Source: Spirochaetales bacterium
Lineage (GTDB): Bacteria > Spirochaetota > Spirochaetia > SZUA-6 > JAFGRV01
Length of the DNA stretch: 64,000 bases
NCBI GenBank assembly: GCA_016937215.1
Contig: JAFGWI010000056.1
Location: 15,118-79,117, forward strand
Direction: 5' to 3'
Shown in pieces: positions 27,311-36,659 of this stretch (the first letter of the stretch is position 1; the number at the start of each line of letters is the position of its first letter). The translations under genes and the position numbers were made by a program. The notes beneath the pieces are model-generated. The model was not told where the DNA came from and searched no databases. It worked only from the letters and a program-made list of their open reading frames with translations.

Positions 27311-28777
27311 TTATTCAGTAATATCAACGGAACAATCAAAACTGATGCCCTGTTCTTCTCCAATTGTCCTTAGGTTTTCATCCACCAGGAGGACGCTATT
27401 TAAAGTGATTTTCGTATTGCCTTTCTTGAGAGCCATGATTTTTATTTTAACCATGGGCAAACCCGGATCCGCGTTAAATCCCAATATATTAAAACCATTT
27501 ATGATTATTCTTCCCTTTTCTTGTTGAACGTTTTTATTATTCCATTCAAAAGTAAAATTCTCACCATTTTTTATTACATCAGACCAATTAATCAAGAGGC
27601 TCTGGGGATCATAGTCGATGACCCATTTGAAGGCGCCCACGTTCTGATCACCATGGTCCAGATAAAGATCAAGATTAATGATTTCATTTTTTTTCGCGGA
27701 AGTCTTATCAGTAACCAGACTAATTGTTCCTGTGTGAGCATTCAGCGGAGTGCCCTTTGTAACCGGATTGTCGCCAAAGGATTTAAGATAACCGCTGTTA
27801 TATTGTTGTATTACAAGCGCGTCGATAATATCAACATTAAAATCACCGTTAATATTGGCTGCGGCAAAATCGTCGAGAGGAGACAACCCGGCATCGTATC
27901 TTGCTATGCTCTTTACATCCTCACTGTTGATAATCAAGTCGGCGTTTATATCACCCAGTCTGGCCAGGTTTTCATAGATTGGCTGGTAAAGGGAGATATT
28001 TCCTTTCTGGTCTTTGACCAGGACGTTAATGTAATAATGTTGAAAGGCCTGGATATTGGTTATTTTCAGTGATGTCTTGCCCGGTGTCCAATCCTGGCAT
28101 AGCACAAATCCTTCTTCATTGGGTAAAATGCTTTCAAGTTTCCTTAAATCATTAAAGGGCGATGCAATGACCATGTAGGATAGTTCTTCGGCTGTGTTAA
28201 GGTCGTCTTCGGCGGCATCCCATTTTATTGAAAGGAAATCATTATCCTTTTGATAAGCCATGAACTTGCCATAGGAACCTGGAACAGGGCCATTGTCATA
28301 GCTTGTATTTGTTTGAAGGATTGTATAAGAGGCAATGTTTTCAGCCTGGTCACTAACCAGTAAAAGAAAAAAGTAGTAAATGCCTGATGAAAGGTCGGTG
28401 ACAAGAAAATGTTCTATTTGTTTCTGTCCTTTGAATAAAATGACCCAATCGTCGGTATCTATCGAATTTTTGTCGAATCCATCGGCATTGGGAAGATTAT
28501 CGGTGAAATAGAGACTGTAGAGCAGATTTTCTTTTGATGTTGAATTGTCAGTGGCAGGCTGCCAGTTTAATTCCAAAGAACAGACGCCTTTGGACTGAAT
28601 ATTAATGGTCCCGTTATTGCCGGGAATCGGCGGTTTAGTATCAGGAACACTTTGTTCCTGAGGGTTAGAGGTTTTGTTGGGTGAATTTTGAAAAATAGAA
28701 TTGAACACATCACAACCGGATAACAGACTTGTTATGGTAAAAATCCATAAGCTGACCAAGAGCTTTCCCTTTGCCAT
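27311..28777 (-). CDS. surface lipoprotein: two FN3-like modules, a dockerin-like module and a C-terminal cohesin-like domain
   Basis: 488 aa. Lipobox SLLSGCDV. FN3-like segments (CSLELNWQPATD..., LSIKWDAAEDD...). GDINADLIINSEDVKSIARYDAG...ANINGDFNVDIIDALVIQQYNSG is dockerin-like. The last ~140 aa (GTISLVTDKTSAKKNEIINLDLYLDHGDQNVGAFKWVIDYDPQSLL...MVKIKIMALKKGNTKITL) fit the cohesin beta-sandwich pattern. Confidence 0.6.
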   Translation of the reverse strand: MAKGKLLVSLWIFTITSLLSGCDVFNSIFQNSPNKTSNPQEQSVPDTKPPIPGNNGTINIQSKGVCSLELNWQPATDNSTSKENLLYSLYFTDNLPNADGFDKNSIDTDDWVILFKGQKQIEHFLVTDLSSGIYYFFLLLVSDQAENIASYTILQTNTSYDNGPVPGSYGKFMAYQKDNDFLSIKWDAAEDDLNTAEELSYMVIASPFNDLRKLESILPNEEGFVLCQDWTPGKTSLKITNIQAFQHYYINVLVKDQKGNISLYQPIYENLARLGDINADLIINSEDVKSIARYDAGLSPLDDFAAANINGDFNVDIIDALVIQQYNSGYLKSFGDNPVTKGTPLNAHTGTISLVTDKTSAKKNEIINLDLYLDHGDQNVGAFKWVIDYDPQSLLINWSDVIKNGENFTFEWNNKNVQQEKGRIIINGFNILGFNADPGLPMVKIKIMALKKGNTKITLNSVLLVDENLRTIGEEQGISFDCSVDITE

Positions 28778-29242
28778 ATCCTTCTCCTGACTTTTTTTAA
28801 ATTACATTTTACATTTAATTATTACCATCTGTTTTTTGTGTTGTGAAACTCGATTTATTTTTTTTTATAAGGAGATGAAAAAAAATATTTTAAAACCTAA
28901 CTCCTGCCATAATTCGATCATATCCCAGCTTTTGTGAGAAAGCAAGGATTTTTTTATTTTTTTATAGCGGTCGGAAATTAGGCAAAATTTTATATAAAAG
29001 CTGTACTTTGTTTGTTTTTTATTTGCTTCATTTCCTGGAATTATTATCTTTTGGAGCTTTATTTTAAAACGTCGTTTATATTTTTTTATGTCTTTTGGCA
29101 AATACCCGGTTTTCGCCAAAGTATCAGCATTTATGGCACCCCGGATAAGGCGATACTGGGCATTAAAGCTTCAATGGCTATATGCAAGCACCTTTAATTG
29201 AAAATGCTTTCTTTGAAAAAGGTGTGAAATATACTCATTCAT

Positions 29243-29959
29243 TCAAGGTTTCTGTGTGTAAAATGGGCTGTTGGAGGAAGCCGGTAAATTGTCAATAAAC
29301 TCATATAAGTCGGTGGGGTTGGTGACAATAAAATCGGGGTTTTCGGCGATTAATACTTCATGCTTTCGGTAGCCCCAGCTTACAGCCAGCGATTTTGTCC
29401 CTGAATGGCGGGCACAGAGTATATCCGCCTGGGAATCCCCAATCATAAGAAGATGGTGGACCTTGATATTCAGGGAATCACTTATATGATAAATACCATA
29501 AGGTTCTGGCTTTTTCGGGAAACCATTATCAGCGCCTAATATAATATCAAAATTCCATTTGGATAACAATTTATCAGCTAAAATCAAACAAAGCGGGTGG
29601 GGTTTGTTGGAAAAAAGGCCCAATTTCAGCCCCTTTTTACGAGATAAACTTAATACCTCGGGAATACCTGGGTAAAATGCGGTTTTATTAATTAAATTGG
29701 CTTTATAAACCTGATTAAGCCTGTTGATCAGCGGAGTTATTCTTTCGGGAATCCGAAGATCAAGGGGCAGGGCAGCTTCAACCAGCTTAGCTATTCCGCT
29801 TCCCAGCATTTGGCGATATTCCTCTTCGCTGTGAAGAGCAAGCCCTTCTGCTTTAAGAACATGGTTCATGGAAGAGGCTATATCCGGCAATGTATTGAGC
29901 AAGGTCCCATCAAGGTCAAATATGATACCATCTATCATCTCAAGGAATTTATCATTCAT
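29243..29959 (-). CDS. HAD-superfamily hydrolase (phosphoglycolate phosphatase-like)
   Basis: 238 aa. IIFDLDGTLLNT motif I, SNK motif and GDSQADI motif. Confidence 0.8.
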   Translation of the reverse strand: MNDKFLEMIDGIIFDLDGTLLNTLPDIASSMNHVLKAEGLALHSEEEYRQMLGSGIAKLVEAALPLDLRIPERITPLINRLNQVYKANLINKTAFYPGIPEVLSLSRKKGLKLGLFSNKPHPLCLILADKLLSKWNFDIILGADNGFPKKPEPYGIYHISDSLNIKVHHLLMIGDSQADILCARHSGTKSLAVSWGYRKHEVLIAENPDFIVTNPTDLYEFIDNLPASSNSPFYTQKP

Positions 29960-30137
29960 TACTTATTTGATCAAGAGAGCCCATGGGTGTTGTTATTTTT
30001 TTAGCCTGTTTCCTGGTTTTTGTTATATCGAAGAAGAAAAAAATCAATTATAATAATGACAAGCGAGTGAGTTTTTAAAAAATTCCCTGGCTAGAATATA
30101 AAAATGCGAAAATAAATTGAATCCAAGGAGGAAAGCC

Positions 30138-31112
30138 ATGAAAATTCTCTATATAGGCGGAACAGGAAATATCAGTCGCCATTCTTCACTTCTGGCCATC
30201 AGTCAGGGGCACCAGCTGACACACATTAACCGGGGTATGGGTGAGCCAGTCGCGGGTACTGAAAGCCTGAAGGCAGATGTTAACGATGTGGCTGCCATGA
30301 AAAAGATCATTCAAGGCCGAAACTGGGATGTGGTTGTCAACTGGATTCTTTTTACACCCGGACAAGCCAAGGCCAACATCGAGTTGTTTACAGGGAAATG
30401 CGGCCAGTTTATTTTTATCAGCTCAGCCTCGGTTTATGAAAAACCACCTCGATTACCAATTATCACGGAATCAACCCCTTTGTTAAATCCCTTTTGGGAT
30501 TATTCCAGGGACAAAATTGCCTGTGAAGAACTCTTTAACCGGGCTTATGTGGAAAAGGGGTTTCCGGTTACCATCCTAAGGCCCTCGCTGACCTATGATA
30601 GGGTTATACCTGCGGCCATCGCTTGCTGGAAAGATTATACCCTTATTGACCGTATCAAGCAAAACAAAGAGATTGTTGTCCACGGTGATGGCAACTCCCT
30701 TTGGACCATCACCCATGCGCGGGATTTTGCCAAGGGTTTTAACGGCCTGTTGGGACATCCCTTGGCAATAGGACAAAGCTTTCACATTACTTCCCATGAA
30801 ATCCTCACCTGGAACCAGATTTACGATGCCATGGCCGCGGCTGTTGGTAAAAGAGCCCGAAAGGTTTACATTCCTTCTGTTAAAATAGCCGAAGCTGAAG
30901 CATCGACCCGGGGGACTTTGTTGGGTGACAAATCCTATTCCGCGATTTTCGACAATAGCAAAATCAGGCAGCTGGTGCCGGATTTTTACGCGACCACGCC
31001 CTTTTGGAAGGGTATCGAAGAAACCATTTCCTGGTATGAAGCAGATCCCAAACGCCAGGTGATTCTTCCTGAAAACAATGCCCTGCTGGATCGCCTCATC
31101 AAATTGGCTTAG
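30138..31112 (+). CDS. NAD-dependent epimerase/dehydratase family (atypical SDR)
   Basis: AAGGAGG lies 7 nt before ATG 30138 (the track start 30117 is TTG). MKILYIGGTGNIS is a Rossmann motif. Confidence 0.75.
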   Translation: MKILYIGGTGNISRHSSLLAISQGHQLTHINRGMGEPVAGTESLKADVNDVAAMKKIIQGRNWDVVVNWILFTPGQAKANIELFTGKCGQFIFISSASVYEKPPRLPIITESTPLLNPFWDYSRDKIACEELFNRAYVEKGFPVTILRPSLTYDRVIPAAIACWKDYTLIDRIKQNKEIVVHGDGNSLWTITHARDFAKGFNGLLGHPLAIGQSFHITSHEILTWNQIYDAMAAAVGKRARKVYIPSVKIAEAEASTRGTLLGDKSYSAIFDNSKIRQLVPDFYATTPFWKGIEETISWYEADPKRQVILPENNALLDRLIKLA

Positions 31113-31320
31113 AAGCCCTGCTTAACAGAATATTGCCCGGACATTGCCCCTTGAGTTTTCGCCATGTGAAGCCAGGCTTTCCAGGGTTTTGCTGCCTCTT
31201 TTAAGAGAGCGTCTGGGCAAAATGGCTCGCCTTTAAGCCGACTATCTCAAAAAAACAGGCATTTCCTTGAAACAGCCAGATAGGTTCATGTTTAATTTGT
31301 TATCTCCTTTATCACAGCCA

Positions 31321-31349
31321 TTGACAGGTGTTTCTTTTTTGGGTATATT
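31321..31349 (+). promoter_or_regulatory. sigma70-type promoter TTGACA-17 nt-TATATT
   Basis: -35 TTGACA at 31321-31326, an exact 17-nt spacer, -10 TATATT at 31344-31349. It lies about 140 nt upstream of the 31491 ORF. Confidence 0.5.
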
Positions 31350-31490
31350 AGCCCGCTTCCGAAAGATTTTTGTCCTTGTTTGTCGCAAAAAGTACACAGG
31401 AGCCTTGATCGTGAATCAAGACAGCTGATTTAATCAGCCAGGCGGCTTGGCCAATCTTTTTAAGGCCATTCTTCAAGTGAGGATTTATAG

Positions 31491-32144
31491 ATGCATAGTG
31501 TACCCTGGTTTATTAATCCCTGGCTGGCCATGTTTCCTGTTTTAGGAACACTTCACGAAATTTATTGTGAACTGGATAATGAAATCAGCCAATGGGCTTT
31601 GAAAAGCCAATTCAATTGCCCCGAAGGCTGCGGCCTTTGCTGCACCAATTTCGAACCCAGGGTTGGTCAGGCTGAGGCCTTGTATCTGGCTTGTTATTAT
31701 ATATCCCAGTCCTCACAGTGCCTTGAGTCGCTAAAATCCTTAAAAGAAGTGCCGCCCTGTTTTTTTTATGATCCGGAACCTGGTCCTGCCAAAGGTCATT
31801 GCTCGGTATATCCCGGTCGCCCCTTGATCTGCCGCCTTTTCGGCTTTTCCGCTAGCCGGAACAAGCAGCAACAACTGGTTTTCCGCTTATGCAAGATCAT
31901 GCACCAAAATGAAGAAAGGCAATTTACCGAAGAAATTCTAAAAGAGCGTTTTAAGATACTTCCGCCTGAAATGGGACGCTATAGTTCCCAGGTGAATACT
32001 CTTTCACCAGATTTGAATTGGGAGAGCATGCCACTGAAACAAGCGGTGGAAAAAGCCATTGCCCATTTGTATTTAAAGCAAAAATATCTTGGTTTGGAAG
32101 GGTCACCCCATATTGAAAGCAGCAAAGAGGATTTTATTGCCTGA
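31491..32144 (+). CDS. YkgJ/UPF0153-family cysteine-cluster (Fe-S/zinc-binding) protein
   Basis: 217 aa. CPEGCGLCCTNFEP plus CSVYPGRPLICRLF is the CxxCxxCC-family pattern. Confidence 0.65.
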   Translation: MHSVPWFINPWLAMFPVLGTLHEIYCELDNEISQWALKSQFNCPEGCGLCCTNFEPRVGQAEALYLACYYISQSSQCLESLKSLKEVPPCFFYDPEPGPAKGHCSVYPGRPLICRLFGFSASRNKQQQLVFRLCKIMHQNEERQFTEEILKERFKILPPEMGRYSSQVNTLSPDLNWESMPLKQAVEKAIAHLYLKQKYLGLEGSPHIESSKEDFIA

Positions 32145-32146
32145 TA

Positions 32147-32722
32147 TCACTCTCTGATCCATTTTTCATCCAAAGGCGGCGTAAATACCTTTATTTTTTT
32201 GAATAGAGTTTCCGGTGAATCAGCTTCCAGCAAGCTGTTCCGGTGAATATCCTTGATAAACCCCTGATTCACCGAGTGGTCCAGAAAATCGAAAAGAGCG
32301 TCATAGTAGTGGTTAATATTAAAAAAAGCACAGGGCTTTTGGTGAAAGCCCAGTTGAAGCCAGGTAAGGCTCTCGAATATTTCCTCCAGTGTTCCTAATC
32401 CACCGGGCATGGCGATGAAGCAGTCCGACATGTTCTGCATCATCATTTTTCGTTCATGCATGTTTTCCACAATAAAGGTTTTGGTAATGGAATGGTGTCC
32501 TACCTTGTCATAAAGGCTTTGGGGAATAACACCATATACCTCAGCCCCCTTGTCCAAAGCAGCTTTCGCGAGGATTCCCATTAGTCCTATACTTGAGCCG
32601 CCGTATACCAAATTCCAGCTTTGTTCAGCGATGTAATTCCCCAGGCTTCTGGCAGCCTCCTGATATATTGGGTTACTTCCCATGCTTGAGCCCAGGAATA
32701 CACAGACATTTTTTATTTTCAT
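32147..32722 (-). CDS. LOG-family nucleotide 5'-monophosphate nucleosidase (TIGR00730)
   Basis: 191 aa. VYGGSSIGLMG and PGGLGTLEE signature motifs. Confidence 0.85.
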   Translation of the reverse strand: MKIKNVCVFLGSSMGSNPIYQEAARSLGNYIAEQSWNLVYGGSSIGLMGILAKAALDKGAEVYGVIPQSLYDKVGHHSITKTFIVENMHERKMMMQNMSDCFIAMPGGLGTLEEIFESLTWLQLGFHQKPCAFFNINHYYDALFDFLDHSVNQGFIKDIHRNSLLEADSPETLFKKIKVFTPPLDEKWIRE

Positions 32723-33131
32723 TTTTATGGCTATAGCATAATTTTGAAATATATACCAGTGATGGTTACACTCGTTTTAACAAAGCCATTTGTTGAAAAA
32801 AAACAGACCCATCTTTCAAATCAACTTGTTTTGGTTTTTTCTATGATGTTAAGGGTTTTTTTAATGTTTTTTTGATGAGCCCTATCATGAACCTTCTTTA
32901 TTTTTTTGATTTCGGGGATGTAAGCTAATTGCCTAAAGTGTTCAGGCTAAAGTCGTTTATTGCTGAGTCTGACTTAGAGAACAAATAGTCCTGGTCACAA
33001 CCTGGTTTTTCTTCTTTCCACTCCGAAAATAATTTTCTTTACATTACATCAAAGAAGAATTAAAATTGTTCTACTTTAATATAAAAGGATGTTTTTCCTT
33101 AAGCAAAAATTCCCTTAAAGGAGTGGATGTT

Positions 33132-34637
33132 ATGCCAGAAATGCCAACACAGAAGATTCATGACGAGGAGCATAATCGGAGAATCCGCTTTTTGGAGGAG
33201 GAATTGGCCAAAGCGAAAAAAACAATCCAGTCGCAGCAAGCTGAAATCTCGCGGCTATCGGAGGATGAAGAAAAATTCAGGAAAATCTTTGATATGTCCA
33301 CAGGGTTGATTTGCCTGGCTGATCTTAATACCGCCCGTTTCATTGAAGTTAATCCAGCCTTTGAAAAAACCCTTGGTTACAGCCGTGAGGAACTTTTGAA
33401 GGGGTCTTTTCTGAAATTTATTCACCCAGATGATGTTTTGAAAACCGTGGAGATGTTGAATAATGAACTGGAAAAAGAGATTCCATCGGTCAATTTTGAA
33501 AACCGCTATCTTCACAAAGAAGGCCATTATCGCTGGCTGAGCTGGAGTTCCCGTCCTATGAAGAAAAAGGGATTATCCTATGCCTGGGCCATTGATATTA
33601 CCAGGCGAAAAGAATATGAAGCGGCCTTAATGCAGAAAAATCAATTTACACAAATAATTCAGGATAATTTACCCATTGGAATTGCTTTGAACGCCTTTGA
33701 CACAGGTGAAGTTATTTACACAAACAGGAAATTCGATGAGATCTATGGCTGGCCTTCGAAATTCCTTCAAAATGTGGAAAATTTTTTTTTATGTGTTTAT
33801 CCTGATGAAGCTTACCGGTCCAAAATTAAATCGCGGGTTATGGAAGATATTTTAAGCGGTGATATTAACCGGATGTGCTGGGAGGATGTGGAAATTACCA
33901 CACAGAAAGGCGAAAAAAAATATATTATTGCCAATAACATTCCCTTAAGCGAGCAAAACACCATGGTGTCAACGGTTCAGGATATGACTGGCCGAAAAAA
34001 AGCGGAACTGGATCTGGTTTCGCTTTTAAAGGAAAAGGAAGTATTAATCAAAGAGATTCACCATCGGGTAAAAAATAATTTGCAAATAATTTCCAGTTTG
34101 CTCACGCTTCAAGCGAGCCATTCAAATGATGGCTATATAAAAGAAATCCTGGATGAATGCAAAAACAGGGTCCAATCCATAGCCATTATTCACAAGAACT
34201 TATATGAATCCAATGATTTCAGCCGGGTCAGCATCAAGCGTTTTGGTCATGATTTTTTGGTCAGTATCGCCCACTTATACCAGATGCAAAATATCAAATT
34301 TGATATGAAAATGGCTGATATCAACCTTCCCATCGATCTTGCCATTCCCTGCGCGATTATCATCAATGAACTTGTTTCCAATGCCATCAAGCATGCTTTT
34401 TCAGAAAAACAACAAGGATTAGTGAAGGTATCTTTGGAACAAAACAAGCAAAATGATTATGTTCTCGCTGTTTCTGATAATGGCTGCGGTCTTCCGAAGG
34501 GCTTTGATTTTGAAAACTGGGATTCTTTGGGAATTTCCTTGATAAGGGATTTAAGCAAGCAGATAAACGGACAGGTGTCCATTGAAACAAAAAAAGGCAC
34601 CCAATTCACTCTTGTTTTTAAAGCTTTTGATGATTGA
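33132..34637 (+). CDS. cytoplasmic PAS-PAS sensor histidine kinase of the HisKA_2 type
   Basis: AAAGGAG lies 8 nt before ATG 33132. Coiled coil, two PAS-like regions (FIEVNPAFEKTLGYSREELLKGSFLKFIHPDD; IYTNRKFDEIYGWP), H-box EIHHRVKNNLQIISSLL, and an ATPase domain (INELVSNAIKHAF...DNGCGLP). Confidence 0.85.
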   Translation: MPEMPTQKIHDEEHNRRIRFLEEELAKAKKTIQSQQAEISRLSEDEEKFRKIFDMSTGLICLADLNTARFIEVNPAFEKTLGYSREELLKGSFLKFIHPDDVLKTVEMLNNELEKEIPSVNFENRYLHKEGHYRWLSWSSRPMKKKGLSYAWAIDITRRKEYEAALMQKNQFTQIIQDNLPIGIALNAFDTGEVIYTNRKFDEIYGWPSKFLQNVENFFLCVYPDEAYRSKIKSRVMEDILSGDINRMCWEDVEITTQKGEKKYIIANNIPLSEQNTMVSTVQDMTGRKKAELDLVSLLKEKEVLIKEIHHRVKNNLQIISSLLTLQASHSNDGYIKEILDECKNRVQSIAIIHKNLYESNDFSRVSIKRFGHDFLVSIAHLYQMQNIKFDMKMADINLPIDLAIPCAIIINELVSNAIKHAFSEKQQGLVKVSLEQNKQNDYVLAVSDNGCGLPKGFDFENWDSLGISLIRDLSKQINGQVSIETKKGTQFTLVFKAFDD

Positions 34638-34757
34638 TTTTGTATTTGCCTTTAACGGCCAAAAGAATTGTTTTTGTCAAAATCAATACATCTTCTTGTA
34701 CAACTTAAATTATAAAAGAATAATACAAATTACTTATGAGGCTTTTGCATAACTGAG

Positions 34758-34853
34758 GTTTTGCGAGAATTATAAAAATTGCGAATAATTTATCTTATTA
34801 CCGGATAATAAGATATTAATTTACAATTGCCGGCTAATTGTTAAAGTCAGGAC
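34758..34853 (-). repeat. conserved non-coding block, family 2, compact copy
   Basis: The reverse complement (GTCCTGACTTTAACAATTAGCCGGCAATTGTAAATTAATATCTTATTATCCGGTAATAAGATAAATTATTCGCAATTTTTATAATTCTCGCAAAAC) aligns with 2823-2830 plus 2958-3041. It contains the perfect hairpin ATCTTATTA-TCCGG-TAATAAGAT. Confidence 0.6.
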
Positions 34854-35022
34854 TTTTCTAATTAACTCTTATAATTTAATTTATGACTGAATGGTAAGTT
34901 ATTATTCTCAGAACATTTACAATAATAGCTGAGTATATTTTATTCTTTATTTGAATAAAATATACTCAATTGTCATGATTCCCGCAAAACCATAGCTCTG
35001 CAGGAACCGCAGTATTTAAAAA

Positions 35023-35187
35023 TTATGGCCAGAATGGTTTTGGATTGGCATTACCTGGAAAATTCGGGTCTGTAAAAGGTAGAATATTGATATTACCAGC
35101 ATTTCCTGGTTTTTTACCATAATTACCAAAAACTCCAGCTTCGATTTTTTTACTGCTCACAACTGGTTTGTTATATATTTTTTTCAT
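35023..35187 (-). CDS. 54-aa Pro/Gly/Asn-rich small protein with strong RBS
   Basis: GGAGG lies 8 nt upstream of ATG 35187 (the track start 35247 has no RBS). Product MKKIYNKPVVSSKKIEAGVFGNYGKKPGNAGNINILPFTDPNFPGNANPKPFWP. No signal peptide and no Cys. Confidence 0.5.
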   Translation of the reverse strand: MKKIYNKPVVSSKKIEAGVFGNYGKKPGNAGNINILPFTDPNFPGNANPKPFWP

Positions 35188-35476
35188 ATCAATTGCCTCC
35201 TGACTTAATATAATCCTCAATATATATCTTTCCTGATTTTTTTTCAATAGGAATTCACATTAATATGCAATAATTTTTTACTTTGCCGAGACTTTGTTTA
35301 TCGATCTTTTTGTCTGAAACACACAGCATTGGTTCTTTTTTGATCGAGTGTAAAACCTGGTTTATAGGCTTGTGTTCTGTCTTGTCTAATTCTGATTATT
35401 TAAGTAAGATTAGTAATCATAGATACAAATAGTCTGAATTGCCCGATAAATTATCGTATAAGGCGAGGAGAAAACC

Positions 35477-36643
35477 ATGCGGATAGAAGCCAAAATCAGA
35501 AACAATATTTGCCTTACTGCCCATCCTCTAGGCTGCGAAGAGCAAGTAAAAAAACAGATAAACTATGTTAAAAACAAAGGCCTCCTTGAGGGATGTAAAA
35601 ATGCCTTGATTATAGGCTCATCCAATGGCTATGGTCTGGCCAGCCGCATATTAGCGAGCTTTGGCTGTAAAGCAAAAAGCATTGGTATCTCCTTTGAAAG
35701 AGAAGGCTCATCAAAACATACAGCTACAGCCGGCTGGTATAATGAAAAGGCCATAGAGAAGTTAGCCGCTGAAGAGGGGCTTGATTCCTGGTGGATCAAC
35801 GGCGATGCCTTTTCCCGTGAAATAAAGGCTGAGACAGCCAGGATGATAGGTGAAAAGCTGGGCAAGATTGATTTGCTGGTCTACAGCATCGCTGCTCCCC
35901 GGCGAAAGGACCCGGAAACAGGAGAGCTTTTTTCTTCGGTATTAAAACCCATTGGAGAAGCCTATACATCAAAACTTATGGATTTTGAACAAGGCTTAAT
36001 AAGCGAGACCACTCTGGAACCAGCCAGTGAAGAGGAAATTGCTCATACCGTGAAAGTCATGGGCGGCGAGGACTGGATGCTATGGGTGGATTTTCTTCTG
36101 AAACAGGACCTTCTTTCCGCAGGCTTTAAAACCATCGCCTATTCCTATATCGGCCCCCAGCTCACCGCGGCGATTTACCGTCATGGCTCCATCGGAGAAG
36201 CCAAAAAGGATCTGGAACAAAAGGCCCTTGAAATTGATCAAAAACTTAAAGCGGTTCGAGGAAAAGCCCTTATTTCCGTAAACAAAGCCCTGGTAACCCG
36301 TGCCAGCGCGGTGATTCCCGGTGTATCCCTTTATATCTCCCTTTTATACAAGGTCATGAAACAAAAGGGAATACACGAGGTTTGCATCGAACAGATAGAC
36401 CGTCTTTTCCGCCATTGCCTCTATGGCCAGGGTCCCTGCGTGATCGATGAAAAGGGTCTGCTTCGTCTTGATGATCTTGAAATGCGCGAGGATGTTCAGG
36501 CTGAGGTGGCCCGGCTTTGGGAACAGATCAGCAGCCAGAATATTGAAGCCATAGCCGATATCCAGGGCTTTCGCGAGGAGTTTCTGGCTCATCATGGCTT
36601 TGGCCTTGAGGGAATCGATTATCAGGCTGATATTGAGCCATAG
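35477..36643 (+). CDS. fabV: enoyl-ACP reductase FabV (trans-2-enoyl-CoA reductase family)
   Basis: 388 aa. N-terminus MRIEAKIRNNICLTAHPLGCEEQVKKQINYV and GSSNGYGLASR are characteristic of FabV. Confidence 0.9.
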   Translation: MRIEAKIRNNICLTAHPLGCEEQVKKQINYVKNKGLLEGCKNALIIGSSNGYGLASRILASFGCKAKSIGISFEREGSSKHTATAGWYNEKAIEKLAAEEGLDSWWINGDAFSREIKAETARMIGEKLGKIDLLVYSIAAPRRKDPETGELFSSVLKPIGEAYTSKLMDFEQGLISETTLEPASEEEIAHTVKVMGGEDWMLWVDFLLKQDLLSAGFKTIAYSYIGPQLTAAIYRHGSIGEAKKDLEQKALEIDQKLKAVRGKALISVNKALVTRASAVIPGVSLYISLLYKVMKQKGIHEVCIEQIDRLFRHCLYGQGPCVIDEKGLLRLDDLEMREDVQAEVARLWEQISSQNIEAIADIQGFREEFLAHHGFGLEGIDYQADIEP

Positions 36644-36659
36644 TGTGTGACTCAGGCAC

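Noticed and set aside
28865-29119. 84-aa lysine-rich minus-strand ORF between the cohesin lipoprotein and the HAD gene
   Set aside because: It has no convincing RBS or motif and lies in a very AT-rich region. I cannot exclude a real small basic protein but cannot support one from sequence alone.
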